Assembly: GCA_963797095.1 (NCBI GenBank)
Contig: CAWCNY010000005.1
Location: 512,001 to 576,000, forward strand
Source: an uncultured Chloroflexia bacterium
Lineage (GTDB): Bacteria; Chloroflexota; Chloroflexia; QHBQ01; JADMIH01
DNA: 64,000 nt
Reading direction: 5' to 3'
Positions 35,313 through 45,187 of this stretch are shown piece by piece. Within the stretch, counting starts at the first letter, position 1; each line of letters begins with the position of its first letter. The notes beneath the pieces are model-generated. The model was given only the letters and a program-made list of their open reading frames with translations, made no database searches and was not told the origin of the DNA. The translations under genes were made by a program, and so were the position numbers.

Positions 35313-37763
35313 ATGAACGAAACAAAGCGTAATTGGGGCCGCGTAGCTCTTTACGCTAGCGTAGCCGGCGCATTGATGGTCTCCCTGGTTCCAGCAGGCG
35401 CTAGGCAGGCTGCAGCGCAAGGCACGTCCCGCAAAATCGGCGATTTCGATGTGACAGGCCGCTTCCTCGAAGTGTGGCAAGCCCAGGGTAATGACCAGGC
35501 TTCCACCTATGTCAACGGCCTCCCTATCACCGCTAGCCGCGCCGAGATTTCGACTGAAGACGGTAAATCGTACTCAACCCAGTGGTTCGAGCGCGCTAAG
35601 TATGAGGCTCACCCCGAAAATACAGCCCCCTACGACGTGCTCCTCGGCCGCCTCGGCGCTAACTTCGTCGAAGGCCGTGGCTCGATTGACGGCGAAACCG
35701 GTCAGGTCCGCAACCCAGCCGACGCTCCATTCGTGAAGGTAGATCAACCGAGCGATCTGAGCGCCACCAAGCTGTGGTTCCCCGAGACCGGACACACTAT
35801 CTCAGGCAAGATACTCCAGTACTGGCAGCAGTACGGTGGTCTTTCTCAGTTCGGCTATCCTCTGAGCGAAGCATTCGACGAGGTGTCGGCTACAGACGGC
35901 AAGACGTACAATGTGCAGTACTTCGAGCGAGCACGCTTCGAGGTACACCCTGAGAAGCAAGCCCCCTACGAGGTAGAGCTGGGTCTGCTGGGTGTGCAGC
36001 AGTACAAGACCACTCCTGTGGCCGCTGACCAGCTGCCTATCGCGCCTCCTCCGTCGATGACTTCCAGCAAGGATACCTACACCGGCGGTTCCCTCCAGGA
36101 GCCTGATACCCTGTTCTGCAACGAGGCCAATACAGTAGTGGCCCAGCGCTTCTGCGCCGCTATCACCTTCCAGGACGGCCTGGTGGGTGGCGACGACAAG
36201 GAAAACTACTTCCCGCTGGCAGCCTGGTATGTACCTACTCTTGAGAACGGCGGCTCGTTCTTCGTGGGCACCGGCGGCGACATGCACCTGGTGACCAAGT
36301 ACAAGCTGCGCAAGGGCATCAAGTGGAGCACCGGCACCGAGGTTACCTCGAACGATGCGGTCTTCTCCTATCAGTTGATCCTAAATGACCCCAACTCTAT
36401 CAGCACGTCAGTCCAAACAAAGATTTCTTTCGTTGACAACCCTGATAAGTACACGGTCATCTACAACTGGATGTCGCTAAACCAGGCCAAAGCCAAACTG
36501 GCTGATCCCGCCACAGACAAGGATCAGTTCAGCTTCCTGAACGTCTTCATCGACCAGAATAAGCCTGTTATCGACCTCAACTACTTCTTGATCGGTACAG
36601 TGCACGACAAGGCCGTACTGGAGAAAATTCCTATCGACAAGATCCAGGAATTGAGCGAAGGCCAAAAGCCGACCGGTTATGGCCCCTACATTGTCCAGGA
36701 ATGGAAGCAGGGCGATCAGATGACCCTGGTCAGGAACCCTAACTACAACCTGACCGCTCCCCCGTTGATCAACCGCATCATCAACCGCTTCAACACCGAC
36801 GTCAACGCCAATGTTAACGCGTTCTTGACCGGCCAGCTCGACGCTATCGAGAGCGAAGGCTTCGTAGTACCTCCCGATCAGTCTGACCAGATCACGGCTG
36901 CCGGTGGCGTGGTTTCTAGCGTGCCTGCCGCCTCCTGGGAGCACCTCGAGCCTGCGTTCGCAGACTGCCTCGACGGCTATTGCCAGTTCCAGGACCTGGC
37001 AGTGCGCCAGGCACTTCTGTATGGCATCAACCGAGATCAGATCGTCCAGACAGTGTTCAAGGGCGCTGGCGCCGTTATGAACGGCCCCAACCCGCCTGCA
37101 GTCTGGCACTCTCTGGAGAACCCTAACTTCGCCACGGAATTCCCGGATCTTGCTGCGAAGTACAAGCTGCCTGATTACCACTACGATCAGAACATGGCCA
37201 ACACGCTCCTGGATAACGATGGTTGGGTCATGGGCTCGGACGGCGTCCGCACCAAGGATGGTCAGAAGCTTACCTTCGAGTATGCAACCACCCGCAATAC
37301 CACCCGCCAGGCTATCCAGGCGCTCGTAGCAGCCGACCTGAAGGCCATCGGCATGGATCCGCAGGTAGTGAACTACCCGACAGGCTTCTTCGATCCGGAT
37401 GGCCCGAGGGCAACCCGCAAGGTCGAACTCGCCGAGTTCGCCTATGTGGGCACCTCCTCCACCAACAACGACCCGTATGACAGCAAGGAGTGGAACACCG
37501 ATACGTATGCCGGCCAGAACGAGCAGCACTACAAGAATGCCGCAGTGGACGACGCGAACCGCAAGTTCAGCGCCACCATTGACCGCAACGAGATCGCTGA
37601 GTACTCTGCCATCGTACAGGTCGAAATGATGAAGGACGCCGCCGTAGTACCTCTGGTACAGCGCGCCAACATCGAAATCTACTCCGGCAACCTTATGAAC
37701 CGCAAGACCACCAACACCTCGATCGCTCAGTGGTGGAACATCGGCTCGTGGTACTTCAAATAA
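35313..37763 (+). CDS. oppA: Peptide ABC transporter substrate-binding protein (family 5) with N-terminal Chloroflexota-type repeat domain
   Basis: Signal peptide; GLPIT..QWFERAKYE and FPETGH..FGYPLSE..QYFERARFE repeats; QEPDTL, PTGYGPY, RNPNY, VRQAL..GINR; AGGAGG RBS. Confidence 0.88.
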   Translation: MNETKRNWGRVALYASVAGALMVSLVPAGARQAAAQGTSRKIGDFDVTGRFLEVWQAQGNDQASTYVNGLPITASRAEISTEDGKSYSTQWFERAKYEAHPENTAPYDVLLGRLGANFVEGRGSIDGETGQVRNPADAPFVKVDQPSDLSATKLWFPETGHTISGKILQYWQQYGGLSQFGYPLSEAFDEVSATDGKTYNVQYFERARFEVHPEKQAPYEVELGLLGVQQYKTTPVAADQLPIAPPPSMTSSKDTYTGGSLQEPDTLFCNEANTVVAQRFCAAITFQDGLVGGDDKENYFPLAAWYVPTLENGGSFFVGTGGDMHLVTKYKLRKGIKWSTGTEVTSNDAVFSYQLILNDPNSISTSVQTKISFVDNPDKYTVIYNWMSLNQAKAKLADPATDKDQFSFLNVFIDQNKPVIDLNYFLIGTVHDKAVLEKIPIDKIQELSEGQKPTGYGPYIVQEWKQGDQMTLVRNPNYNLTAPPLINRIINRFNTDVNANVNAFLTGQLDAIESEGFVVPPDQSDQITAAGGVVSSVPAASWEHLEPAFADCLDGYCQFQDLAVRQALLYGINRDQIVQTVFKGAGAVMNGPNPPAVWHSLENPNFATEFPDLAAKYKLPDYHYDQNMANTLLDNDGWVMGSDGVRTKDGQKLTFEYATTRNTTRQAIQALVAADLKAIGMDPQVVNYPTGFFDPDGPRATRKVELAEFAYVGTSSTNNDPYDSKEWNTDTYAGQNEQHYKNAAVDDANRKFSATIDRNEIAEYSAIVQVEMMKDAAVVPLVQRANIEIYSGNLMNRKTTNTSIAQWWNIGSWYFK

Positions 37764-37776
37764 GGTCTAGCGACCT

Positions 37777-37819
37777 ATAGAGCCTGGCTCTGTAAGTTAT
37801 AGAGCCTGGCTCTGTAAGT
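37777..37819. repeat. 22-bp direct duplication of a small hairpin
   Basis: tatagagcctggctctgtaag(t) twice. Confidence 0.85.
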
Positions 37820-37825
37820 CAAAAT

Positions 37826-37870
37826 GGATACGGCCCGACCTCGCGATGCGAGCGAGGGCCGTATCCTTTC
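37826..37870 (+). terminator. Putative intrinsic terminator
   Basis: ggatacggccc...gggccgtatcc-ttt. Confidence 0.65.
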
Positions 37871-37948
37871 ACCTCAACACGTGCAACACATGTGACACCT
37901 GCAATATGTGTAACCAGCGCAAGACGTATCGCGTATTATCTATCAGAA

Positions 37949-38614
37949 ATGGCATCATTCGCATTCATCAAGAGAATAGTACGACGTTGGACCAAAGACA
38001 GCTACGATCCGGCGGCGGATAATGACCGAAGTTACGAGGATGCGTTGCTCGATTTGAATATACGTCGCTATATGCAAACCGAGTACGGTCTGGCAGAGCC
38101 TCCACATGGCGTGTTCGGCAAGGTCCTGGCCGCTATCAGATCGAATAGTGCTGCTGCAACCTCGATCCGCATAAGACTTGAACATCGCCTGGGCAAATTG
38201 GCGTCCGCATTCTACAATGCCCTTACCAGGCCCAGCGCGGCCTCCAGACTTGTGCCCGGACTCGTTGCCTTTGGCTTTGTGATAGCAGTGCTCACTTCCA
38301 ACTCTCATAATTTGCTCTTCAACATTAACAGCTTAGGCAGTTCAAATTCATCTACATATAATCACTCATTCGAATTCGACCCGCACGACCTGGTAGCTAC
38401 CAAACTTGCCGAGCAGGCCGCGAAAGATCAGGCCACCATCCGGGGCAACGTCCCAGAAGGCTTATCCCAATTTTACCCGCCTGCGAACGTGGCATTTTAT
38501 CACCCAGTAGAAAGACACCTGGCTCCTAAACTACATACCAATACCAGTAGCGATACCAACAAGCAGGAAACCGACACCGATTACTTCCTGGTAACAAATG
38601 GCGCAGGTTACTAG
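37949..38614 (+). CDS. Hypothetical single-TM protein (anti-sigma-like topology)
   Basis: ORF with EPP...KVLAAIR helix, central TM (LVPGLVAFGFVIAVL) and a polar C-terminus. Confidence 0.6.
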   Translation: MASFAFIKRIVRRWTKDSYDPAADNDRSYEDALLDLNIRRYMQTEYGLAEPPHGVFGKVLAAIRSNSAAATSIRIRLEHRLGKLASAFYNALTRPSAASRLVPGLVAFGFVIAVLTSNSHNLLFNINSLGSSNSSTYNHSFEFDPHDLVATKLAEQAAKDQATIRGNVPEGLSQFYPPANVAFYHPVERHLAPKLHTNTSSDTNKQETDTDYFLVTNGAGY

Positions 38615-38894
38615 CTTAGCCCGCAAGCCTGCCTGCCGTAGTTAAGCTGACAATTCAGTGTAGCGATCTCCTCGCTCGAAGGTTAGAAACAGGGTAGACC
38701 CTGTATTTCTAACCTTTTCCATATACCTTCTCTCGCATAACCTCATTAATTGAACAAAAATGCCCAGTGATTCGTTGATTAATTGAACCGGCTTTGCTCC
38801 AAATATGTGTATAGGATAGAAGCGAGCGGAGGCCGTGCGAGAGCGCGCCTTCTCGCATACCCATATCTATCAGCTAGGAATGCATAGCAGGGTA

Positions 38895-38924
38895 TTGACA
38901 CAGACCTATACTTCTTGATAAACT
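38895..38924 (+). promoter_or_regulatory. Sigma70-type promoter of oppBC
   Basis: TTGACA-N18-TAAACT with TG extension. Confidence 0.6.
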
Positions 38925-39060
38925 CGCTACAATCTGCGACGCAAACAGCTGATTAATAAGATCGTGCTCATGTTACTTCGTTGCTTCGTTACTCCGTTCG
39001 CAGATGTTTGGCAGCACCCTATAGACCCGACAAGGGATTATCTCATCACAGGAGACAATT

Positions 39061-40173
39061 ATGGCAACATATATCATTCGGCGCTTCATACAGGGGCTTA
39101 TCGTCTTGGTGCTGGCAACCTTCGTGATCTACAGCATCCTGGTGATTACTCCTGGTGGACCCGCCGATCAGGTCGCTGAGCTAAAGGTGCTGAGCGGTAG
39201 TTCCAGGCCGATCAATGCCAACTACCTTGAAAACCTGCTCAAAGCCTACAAGCTCGATTCCCCATATCCGATCAATTACCTTCGCTGGCTGTTCGATCCA
39301 ACCGACACTACTTATATCGATCCTGATGATGGCAACCTCGTCAAGACGAAGGGCATCGATATCACCATCTTCGGCCTGGAAATAAAGGGCGCGGGCGCTC
39401 TCACCGGAGATTTCGGCAACTCCGTTCAGATACAGAAAGGCTCTCCTGTGATGCAGTTGATGGGCGACAAGTTGGGCAATACACTTGCGCTCACCAGCAG
39501 CTCCCTTCTCCTATCCATCCTGATCGCCTTTCCAATCGGCATTATTGCCGCAATCAGGCAGTATTCGCGGTTGGACTACGCGGTGACAGCCTTCTCGTTC
39601 GTGGGACTCTCGATGCCGACCTTCTGGCTCGGCCTGATGCTCGCGATCTTTCTGGGCGTGCTCGCAAAGGAGGCGCACGATGCAGGTGCGACCTGGTTGC
39701 CGTATCTACCCGTGGGCTTCGCCTACGACACTGACCAGGACAGCAATATCATCAACCGCATCTACCACCTGATCTTACCGGTCACCGTGCTGTCCTTCGT
39801 CAACATAGCTTCCTATTCTCGCTATGTACGCTCCTCAATGCTGGAAGTGTTGCGCCAGGACTACGTGCGCACGGCCTGGGCCAAGGGCCTTGCTCAAAGA
39901 ACGGTGATTTTGCGCCACGCACTCCGAAACGCCCTGATCCCCGTGATTACGGTCGTTACGCTGTCGCTGCCGTTCCTGTTCTCCGGTGCAATAGCCACCG
40001 AGACGGTATTCTCGTATCCGGGAATGGGCAAGCTCTTCATCCTGGCTATCACAGTCCTGGATGTACCGCTGATTATGGCCTTCCTCCTGATAATTACAAC
40101 CCTGATCATCGTGTCCAACATACTGGCCGATGTACTGTATGCGGTCGCTGACCCGAGGATCCACTACAGCTAA
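39061..40173 (+). CDS. oppB: Peptide ABC transporter permease
   Basis: YIIRR, GDFGNS, SMPTFWLG, RSSMLEVLRQDYVRTAWAKGL, HALRNALIP, ETVFSYPGMG, DPRI. Confidence 0.93.
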   Translation: MATYIIRRFIQGLIVLVLATFVIYSILVITPGGPADQVAELKVLSGSSRPINANYLENLLKAYKLDSPYPINYLRWLFDPTDTTYIDPDDGNLVKTKGIDITIFGLEIKGAGALTGDFGNSVQIQKGSPVMQLMGDKLGNTLALTSSSLLLSILIAFPIGIIAAIRQYSRLDYAVTAFSFVGLSMPTFWLGLMLAIFLGVLAKEAHDAGATWLPYLPVGFAYDTDQDSNIINRIYHLILPVTVLSFVNIASYSRYVRSSMLEVLRQDYVRTAWAKGLAQRTVILRHALRNALIPVITVVTLSLPFLFSGAIATETVFSYPGMGKLFILAITVLDVPLIMAFLLIITTLIIVSNILADVLYAVADPRIHYS

Positions 40174-40274
40174 TATGTGATACTTCAGAACACAAACCAA
40201 GTTGCGTATCACGTATCAAGCACCCACCAGACAGACAGCACCCCTGCAGTAAAAATCCCCAATAGGAGAATGAA

Positions 40275-41309
40275 ATGGCTACAGCAGTTGGAACAGCAGA
40301 AAGAGAACGATTAGCCCCGGCTGAACAGAGTCAGTTGGCCGTAACCTGGCGGCGGTTCAGAAGGCACAAATTAGGCGTCGCCGGTATGATCTCGTTGATA
40401 TTGATGGCAATAGCTGTGATCGTAGTGCCATTCCTCACCGGCTGGACCTACGATGGGATCGACCGTGATGCTTTGCTGCCCGATCCGTCTAACCCGGCCA
40501 CAATCGCCAGCTACGAATTCAAGCCAGCCCTGTGGGTAGACACGAGCGTCATTGACGGCACTCACCAGATGCACGTGCTCGGTACAGACAAAGTTGGACG
40601 CGATAACCTCACCCGCCTCTTCCAGGGTGGGCGAATATCGCTGTCGGTGGGCCTGATAACTACCGTTATGGTGATCATAATCGGCTCCATCGTTGGCGCG
40701 CTGGCAGGCTTCTATGGAGGTTGGGTAGACACACTCTTGATGCGCTTCGTTGACCTGTTGCTCTCGCTACCGACTCTGCCTATCCTCCTTGTCATCTCCA
40801 AGATGCTCGATCAGTCGGGTGTCATGAAGAATTTATTCGGGCGAGACCTGGGTACGGTAGCTACCATCATCCTGGTGCTGACTCTGTTCGGCTGGCTGGG
40901 CGTCAGCAGGTTGGTGCGCGGCTCTATCCTGTCGCTCAGGTCTCTTGACTTCGTGGAGGCAACGAGGGCGCTTGGAGCCAACAATCGTCGTATCATCCTG
41001 CGCCACCTCATGCCCAACTCTCTCGCCCCTATCATCGTGGCCGCCACACTCGCCGTCGGAGACTTTATCATCACCGAGTCGTTCCTCTCCTTCCTCGGCC
41101 TCGGTATCCAGGAACCGACGCCCTCCTGGGGCAACCTGCTTCAGGGCGCACTTGAGTATGCTGCCCAGATCACCAACATCAACCCAACGGAGGAAATACG
41201 CGGATACCTGGTGCTCTTCCCAGGCATCCTCATCCTGATCACTGTGCTCTCCATCAACTTCATGGGCGATGCCCTCCGCGACGCTCTCGACCCTCGCCTC
41301 AAGATGTAG
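40275..41309 (+). CDS. oppC: Peptide ABC transporter permease
   Basis: WRRFRRHK, LGTDKVGRD, FVEATRALGA, ESFLSFLGLG..PTPSWG, NFMGDALRDALDPR. Confidence 0.93.
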   Translation: MATAVGTAERERLAPAEQSQLAVTWRRFRRHKLGVAGMISLILMAIAVIVVPFLTGWTYDGIDRDALLPDPSNPATIASYEFKPALWVDTSVIDGTHQMHVLGTDKVGRDNLTRLFQGGRISLSVGLITTVMVIIIGSIVGALAGFYGGWVDTLLMRFVDLLLSLPTLPILLVISKMLDQSGVMKNLFGRDLGTVATIILVLTLFGWLGVSRLVRGSILSLRSLDFVEATRALGANNRRIILRHLMPNSLAPIIVAATLAVGDFIITESFLSFLGLGIQEPTPSWGNLLQGALEYAAQITNINPTEEIRGYLVLFPGILILITVLSINFMGDALRDALDPRLKM

Positions 41310-41335
41310 CCTTATTTCGGAAGAAACATGGGTCA

Positions 41336-41464
41336 TCCCAAATTTCGGGGAGGGGCTTTCTAAAAAGAGGCGAAATTGGCGGCTAGCCGCCAATTTCGCC
41401 TCTTTTTAGAACCAGATTGCACGCCTGCGAAGCTGAATCTAAAATTCGGGCTGTTTCATGTTGG
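41336..41464 (-). repeat. Dispersed ~125-bp palindromic element, copy B
   Basis: Perfect 54-bp palindrome at 41358-41411; flanks align with copy A (10491-10612). Confidence 0.8.
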
Positions 41465-41487
41465 TTAAGGTTAATATCTCCGATTTA

Positions 41488-43170
41488 CTAAGCGAGCTCC
41501 AGGTCGGCCTGTAGCGTGCCTGCGCGGTCGCTACGGATAGTCACGTGCGCTGTGCCGCCTTCTGGGGCTTGCACGACCCACTCAAGGCGCTTCTGGTTGT
41601 CTGTGATATGGCGCGACGAGTACCACCCACCATATATCTTGTTGGTCCGGCCTTCCAGTTGGCCGACCTCCTGCTCGCCCTTGCCGCTCAAGAGGGTCGC
41701 GCCTTCGGGAAGGTCCAGCTTTACCTCTACGGGGCGCACCGCCTTACGCTCCTGTGCCCGCTTGCTTGTATAAGTTGGCAAGAAGCCTGAATTAGCCACT
41801 ATGACATCGATCTTGTATACATCCTTGCCGTGCGCCTCTACTTCGGTCTTGAGAAACTCAAGACGCGAGGACATCAGGGCATGAGCCAGAGTGAACGTGC
41901 ATTGCTTCTCGCATATTCCAGGGAGATACTCGGCGGGCGCGTTTTGCCAGGCATATTTGTAGTCCCAGCCTCCGATCTCCACCTTGCCAAGCTGTGGGTG
42001 ATCGAATTCGCGCCAGGTCTCGAAGCCCTTGCCGCCAAGCTTTTCATCGTTCCACTTCATGATCTGTAGATCGTCTTCCTCAGGGTGGCGCTTGGTCCAG
42101 TTGATCCAGTCTTCCTTCATATCGACGCCAGCAGCCGTGGGAGCATCCCACAACTCGTCGGTGAACCCGAACCACCCGTAGAAATCGAAGGCGTAGTCGT
42201 CCATCGCACCGTGCATCGGCTCTTTGGGGTCGTAGGCGAAGTTGTGGAACACCGACACATTGGGGTAGCCTGTAATCTCGGTGGCACGCCCACCGATAAT
42301 TTTGAAGACTTCAAGATCATGCGTAGCGAAATGCGTGTCGGGGTGAGTTGAGTAGGGGCGAAGGAAGACTCCTGAGTAGGTGTGATAGGCCACGAAGCCG
42401 TTGATGTTGCGATGGGTGGACCAGAACTGGGCCACCGCCCGTGTTTCCGGCTCGGAGAAGGGGAAATCGCCCGCACCCATTTGGTCGCCTTCCGGGGCCC
42501 AATCGTAAGGGAAGTTGCGGTTCAGGTCCAGCCCGTACCGTCCTGGGGCCATCTTTATATCGTGCCCGTCCCAATTGTTGATAGTCCCTTCGCTAACGAG
42601 GCTGTAGTATTCGCCGCTGAACTCATCGGGAGAGCGCTTGACCATCACCCTGTGGTCCTTGTCCGATACGCGCCATGCGCCGTTCGGGTCTTTGATCCTC
42701 ATCTGGAGGATGCGACCATCGCCGTCTACATCGTCGGGATAGAGACCGTCACGATCCTCAATGTAGGGGTATCTTCGGGTGGAAGAGCGTAGCACGTGAG
42801 GGGTTGTGAGGTACATCTCCGACCCATCTACCGAGATCCTGGGCACCACATAGACCGTGTAATCATTCAGCAGGCGGGTCACGCGCTCGTCTTTGCCGTA
42901 ATTCGTCACGTAATTCCAGATCGTGTAGAGCGCCACCGTGCAACCGGTCACTTCACCGGCGTGGATGTTGGCGTCGATCCAGTAAGCGGGCTTCTCGGTA
43001 TCCGGTCCCGTCTTCTTATTGGTCAGGGTTGCAAGCATGATCTCGCGCCCTTCGTGCGATTTGCCTATAACGGACGCCGACATGAGGTCGGGGTATGCCT
43101 TCTCCGCCTCACTCAGGAAGTCTCGTATCTCCTGGTACTTGTAGAACCGCGAAGCATCAAATTTCAACAC
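41488..43170 (-). CDS. M14 family zinc carboxypeptidase
   Basis: IGKSHEGR, NIHAGE, RSS.R, DLNRNFP, PFSEPET, YHTYSG, TDELW; GTG at 43170 follows AGGAG. Confidence 0.9.
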   Translation of the reverse strand: MLKFDASRFYKYQEIRDFLSEAEKAYPDLMSASVIGKSHEGREIMLATLTNKKTGPDTEKPAYWIDANIHAGEVTGCTVALYTIWNYVTNYGKDERVTRLLNDYTVYVVPRISVDGSEMYLTTPHVLRSSTRRYPYIEDRDGLYPDDVDGDGRILQMRIKDPNGAWRVSDKDHRVMVKRSPDEFSGEYYSLVSEGTINNWDGHDIKMAPGRYGLDLNRNFPYDWAPEGDQMGAGDFPFSEPETRAVAQFWSTHRNINGFVAYHTYSGVFLRPYSTHPDTHFATHDLEVFKIIGGRATEITGYPNVSVFHNFAYDPKEPMHGAMDDYAFDFYGWFGFTDELWDAPTAAGVDMKEDWINWTKRHPEEDDLQIMKWNDEKLGGKGFETWREFDHPQLGKVEIGGWDYKYAWQNAPAEYLPGICEKQCTFTLAHALMSSRLEFLKTEVEAHGKDVYKIDVIVANSGFLPTYTSKRAQERKAVRPVEVKLDLPEGATLLSGKGEQEVGQLEGRTNKIYGGWYSSRHITDNQKRLEWVVQAPEGGTAHVTIRSDRAGTLQADLELA

Positions 43171-43265
43171 GTGCTTTCTCCTCAAGTGTGATATGGTCTA
43201 GTTTACATTAAATTAGCAAGATAGACATATATCTAAACGCAAGGGCACACAAACCGGCCCGAGCA

Positions 43266-43916
43266 TTACTTCTCGCCAGGCCACACAAGCCTCGCCGCCA
43301 GGCCGATGAACACCGTGCCGGTAAACCATCGCTGAATACTTGCCACCCGAGTGCTGGTCCTCAATCTGTCGCCAAGCGAGCCTGCGATGAGGGCTACCCC
43401 GCTATTTACCAGCGTGCCCGACGTATCGAAGATCAGTCCGAGCAGTACCACCTGCCAGCCGATTGGCCCACGAGCCGGGTCTACGAATTGCGGTATGAAT
43501 GCGATGAAGAAGAGGGCCACCTTGGGGTTCAGCACGTTGGTGATCACGCCCTGCCGGAAGATGGCCGGGTAGTTCGAGGCACCCCTGGGCGAAAGGCGCA
43601 GGCCACTTTTGTCGCTGTTGTGCGGCGCGCCTAGTTTTGTGTCCCTTGCCAGCAGGGTCCGAACTCCCAGGTAGGCAAGGTAAGCCGCACCGATGTACTT
43701 CACCGCGTCGTAGGCCACGGGCACGCTCAGGAGCAACGTCGAGAGGCCGAGCGCTAACGCCGCCATGTGTACGAGAGTGCCTGCTCCTATTCCGAGCGCA
43801 GAAGTCACACCCGCCCGCTTGCCCTGCCCCACGCTGCGAGCGATGACGTAGAGCATATCAGGTCCCGGCGTGAGGTTGAGGGCTATAGTCGCCAGAAGAA
43901 AGAGGGTAAGATCCAT
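43266..43916 (-). CDS. LysE/RhtB family translocator
   Basis: TPGPDM, GAAYLAYLG, NVLNPKVALFF.AFIPQF. Confidence 0.92.
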   Translation of the reverse strand: MDLTLFLLATIALNLTPGPDMLYVIARSVGQGKRAGVTSALGIGAGTLVHMAALALGLSTLLLSVPVAYDAVKYIGAAYLAYLGVRTLLARDTKLGAPHNSDKSGLRLSPRGASNYPAIFRQGVITNVLNPKVALFFIAFIPQFVDPARGPIGWQVVLLGLIFDTSGTLVNSGVALIAGSLGDRLRTSTRVASIQRWFTGTVFIGLAARLVWPGEK

Positions 43917-43947
43917 AAGTCCTTCCGCTATATGAGTGCGCTGGAAC

Positions 43948-45027
43948 CTACAATATCAACATTGCGTCCCCGAAGCTGTAGAACCTGTAACGTTCTTTTA
44001 TGGCTTCAGAGTATGCCTTCATCATCAGGTCGTAAGTTGCGAAGGCGGATACCAGCAGGAGGAGCGTTGTCCTGGGCAGGTGGAAATTGGTGATCATAGC
44101 GTCAACCAGGCCAAACTGCGAGCCAGGCATCAAATAGAGGTCGGTCCAGCCCTCAGAGGGGCGTACAGGCTCGTTGCGGGCATCCAGGCTGAGCGATTGG
44201 GAGCGCGCCGCAGTCTCCAACACGCGCACGCTGGTGGTCCCCACCGCCAGAACCTTGCCACCCCGCGCTCTGGTATCGCATATAGCACGCGCCGCCTCTT
44301 CAGGCAAGCTGTACCACTCCCGGTGCATGGGGTGATCCTCCACGCGCTCCTCGTGCACCGGGCGAAAGGTGTCCAACCCCACGTGCAAAGTGACAGTCGC
44401 CCAACCCACACCCTGCGCCTTTAGCTCTTCCAGCAGCCGTTCGGTGAAGTGCAGACCGGCTGTGGGGGCTGCCGCCGAGCCTTCGGTGTGCGCATAGACG
44501 GTCTGGTAGCGCGTTGGGTTATCCAACCTTTCGTGGATGTAGGGAGGGAGGGGCATCTGCCCAAGCACATCCAGCATGGGGCGCGGCGGCTTATAAAAAC
44601 GCAGAATGCGCCCACCCAACTCAGACCGAGCAATGACCTCGGCTTCCAGGTAAGCCCCGCTCTCCTCAGACCCGAAACCAAGCACCGTACCGTCGTGTAT
44701 ACGCCTACCGGGGCTGACAAGACCCTCCCACACTCGCGGCTCGGCCCCTTCATCCTCCGGCTGCACGACAGGTCTCAACAGCAGCACCTCGACCGCGCCG
44801 CCCGTGCCGACCTTGTGCCCCAGCAAACGCGCAGGCAGCACCTTGCTCTCGTTGGCGACCAGCAGATCGCCCGGCCTCAGGTACTCGCCAAGCTCGAAGA
44901 ATCGCCGGTGCTCAAGGCTGCCGCTATCCCGGCGCACCACAAGCAGGCGCGAGCTATCGCGCGGCTCGACGGGAGTTTGCGCGATAAGCTCAGGTGGCAA
45001 ATCATAATCGAATTGATCAATTCGCAT
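43948..45027 (-). CDS. queA: S-adenosylmethionine:tRNA ribosyltransferase-isomerase
   Basis: FDYDLPPELIAQ.P, PLPPYI, RYQTVYA, AAPTAGLHF, TLHVG, VGTTSVR.LE, TNFHLP, YRFYSFGDAM. Confidence 0.97.
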   Translation of the reverse strand: MRIDQFDYDLPPELIAQTPVEPRDSSRLLVVRRDSGSLEHRRFFELGEYLRPGDLLVANESKVLPARLLGHKVGTGGAVEVLLLRPVVQPEDEGAEPRVWEGLVSPGRRIHDGTVLGFGSEESGAYLEAEVIARSELGGRILRFYKPPRPMLDVLGQMPLPPYIHERLDNPTRYQTVYAHTEGSAAAPTAGLHFTERLLEELKAQGVGWATVTLHVGLDTFRPVHEERVEDHPMHREWYSLPEEAARAICDTRARGGKVLAVGTTSVRVLETAARSQSLSLDARNEPVRPSEGWTDLYLMPGSQFGLVDAMITNFHLPRTTLLLLVSAFATYDLMMKAYSEAIKERYRFYSFGDAMLIL

Positions 45028-45092
45028 TGGGCGTTACGTTACCCTCTGTGTGGAAGACTAATGAGGAGATATTCGGTGGGGCAGGCCGATTA

Positions 45093-45187
45093 TCGAGTTC
45101 CTGGTTCCTGGTTCATAGTCCCTGATTCCAAGTTCTGGTTCCTTGTGCCTACTTCAACCAGGAACTTGGAACTTGGAACTTGGAACT
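45093..45187. repeat. Inverted heptamer-repeat element (ttcctgg/ttccaag)n ... (ggaactt)x4
   Basis: Left arm gttcctggttcctggttc..ttccaagttctggttcc; right arm accaggaacttggaacttggaacttggaact abutting the coaE stop. Confidence 0.8.

Noticed and set aside
36477-37529. 350-aa minus-strand ORF opposite oppA (and 9068-9964 opposite glnA)
   Set aside because: Antisense shadows caused by strong codon bias in highly expressed genes.
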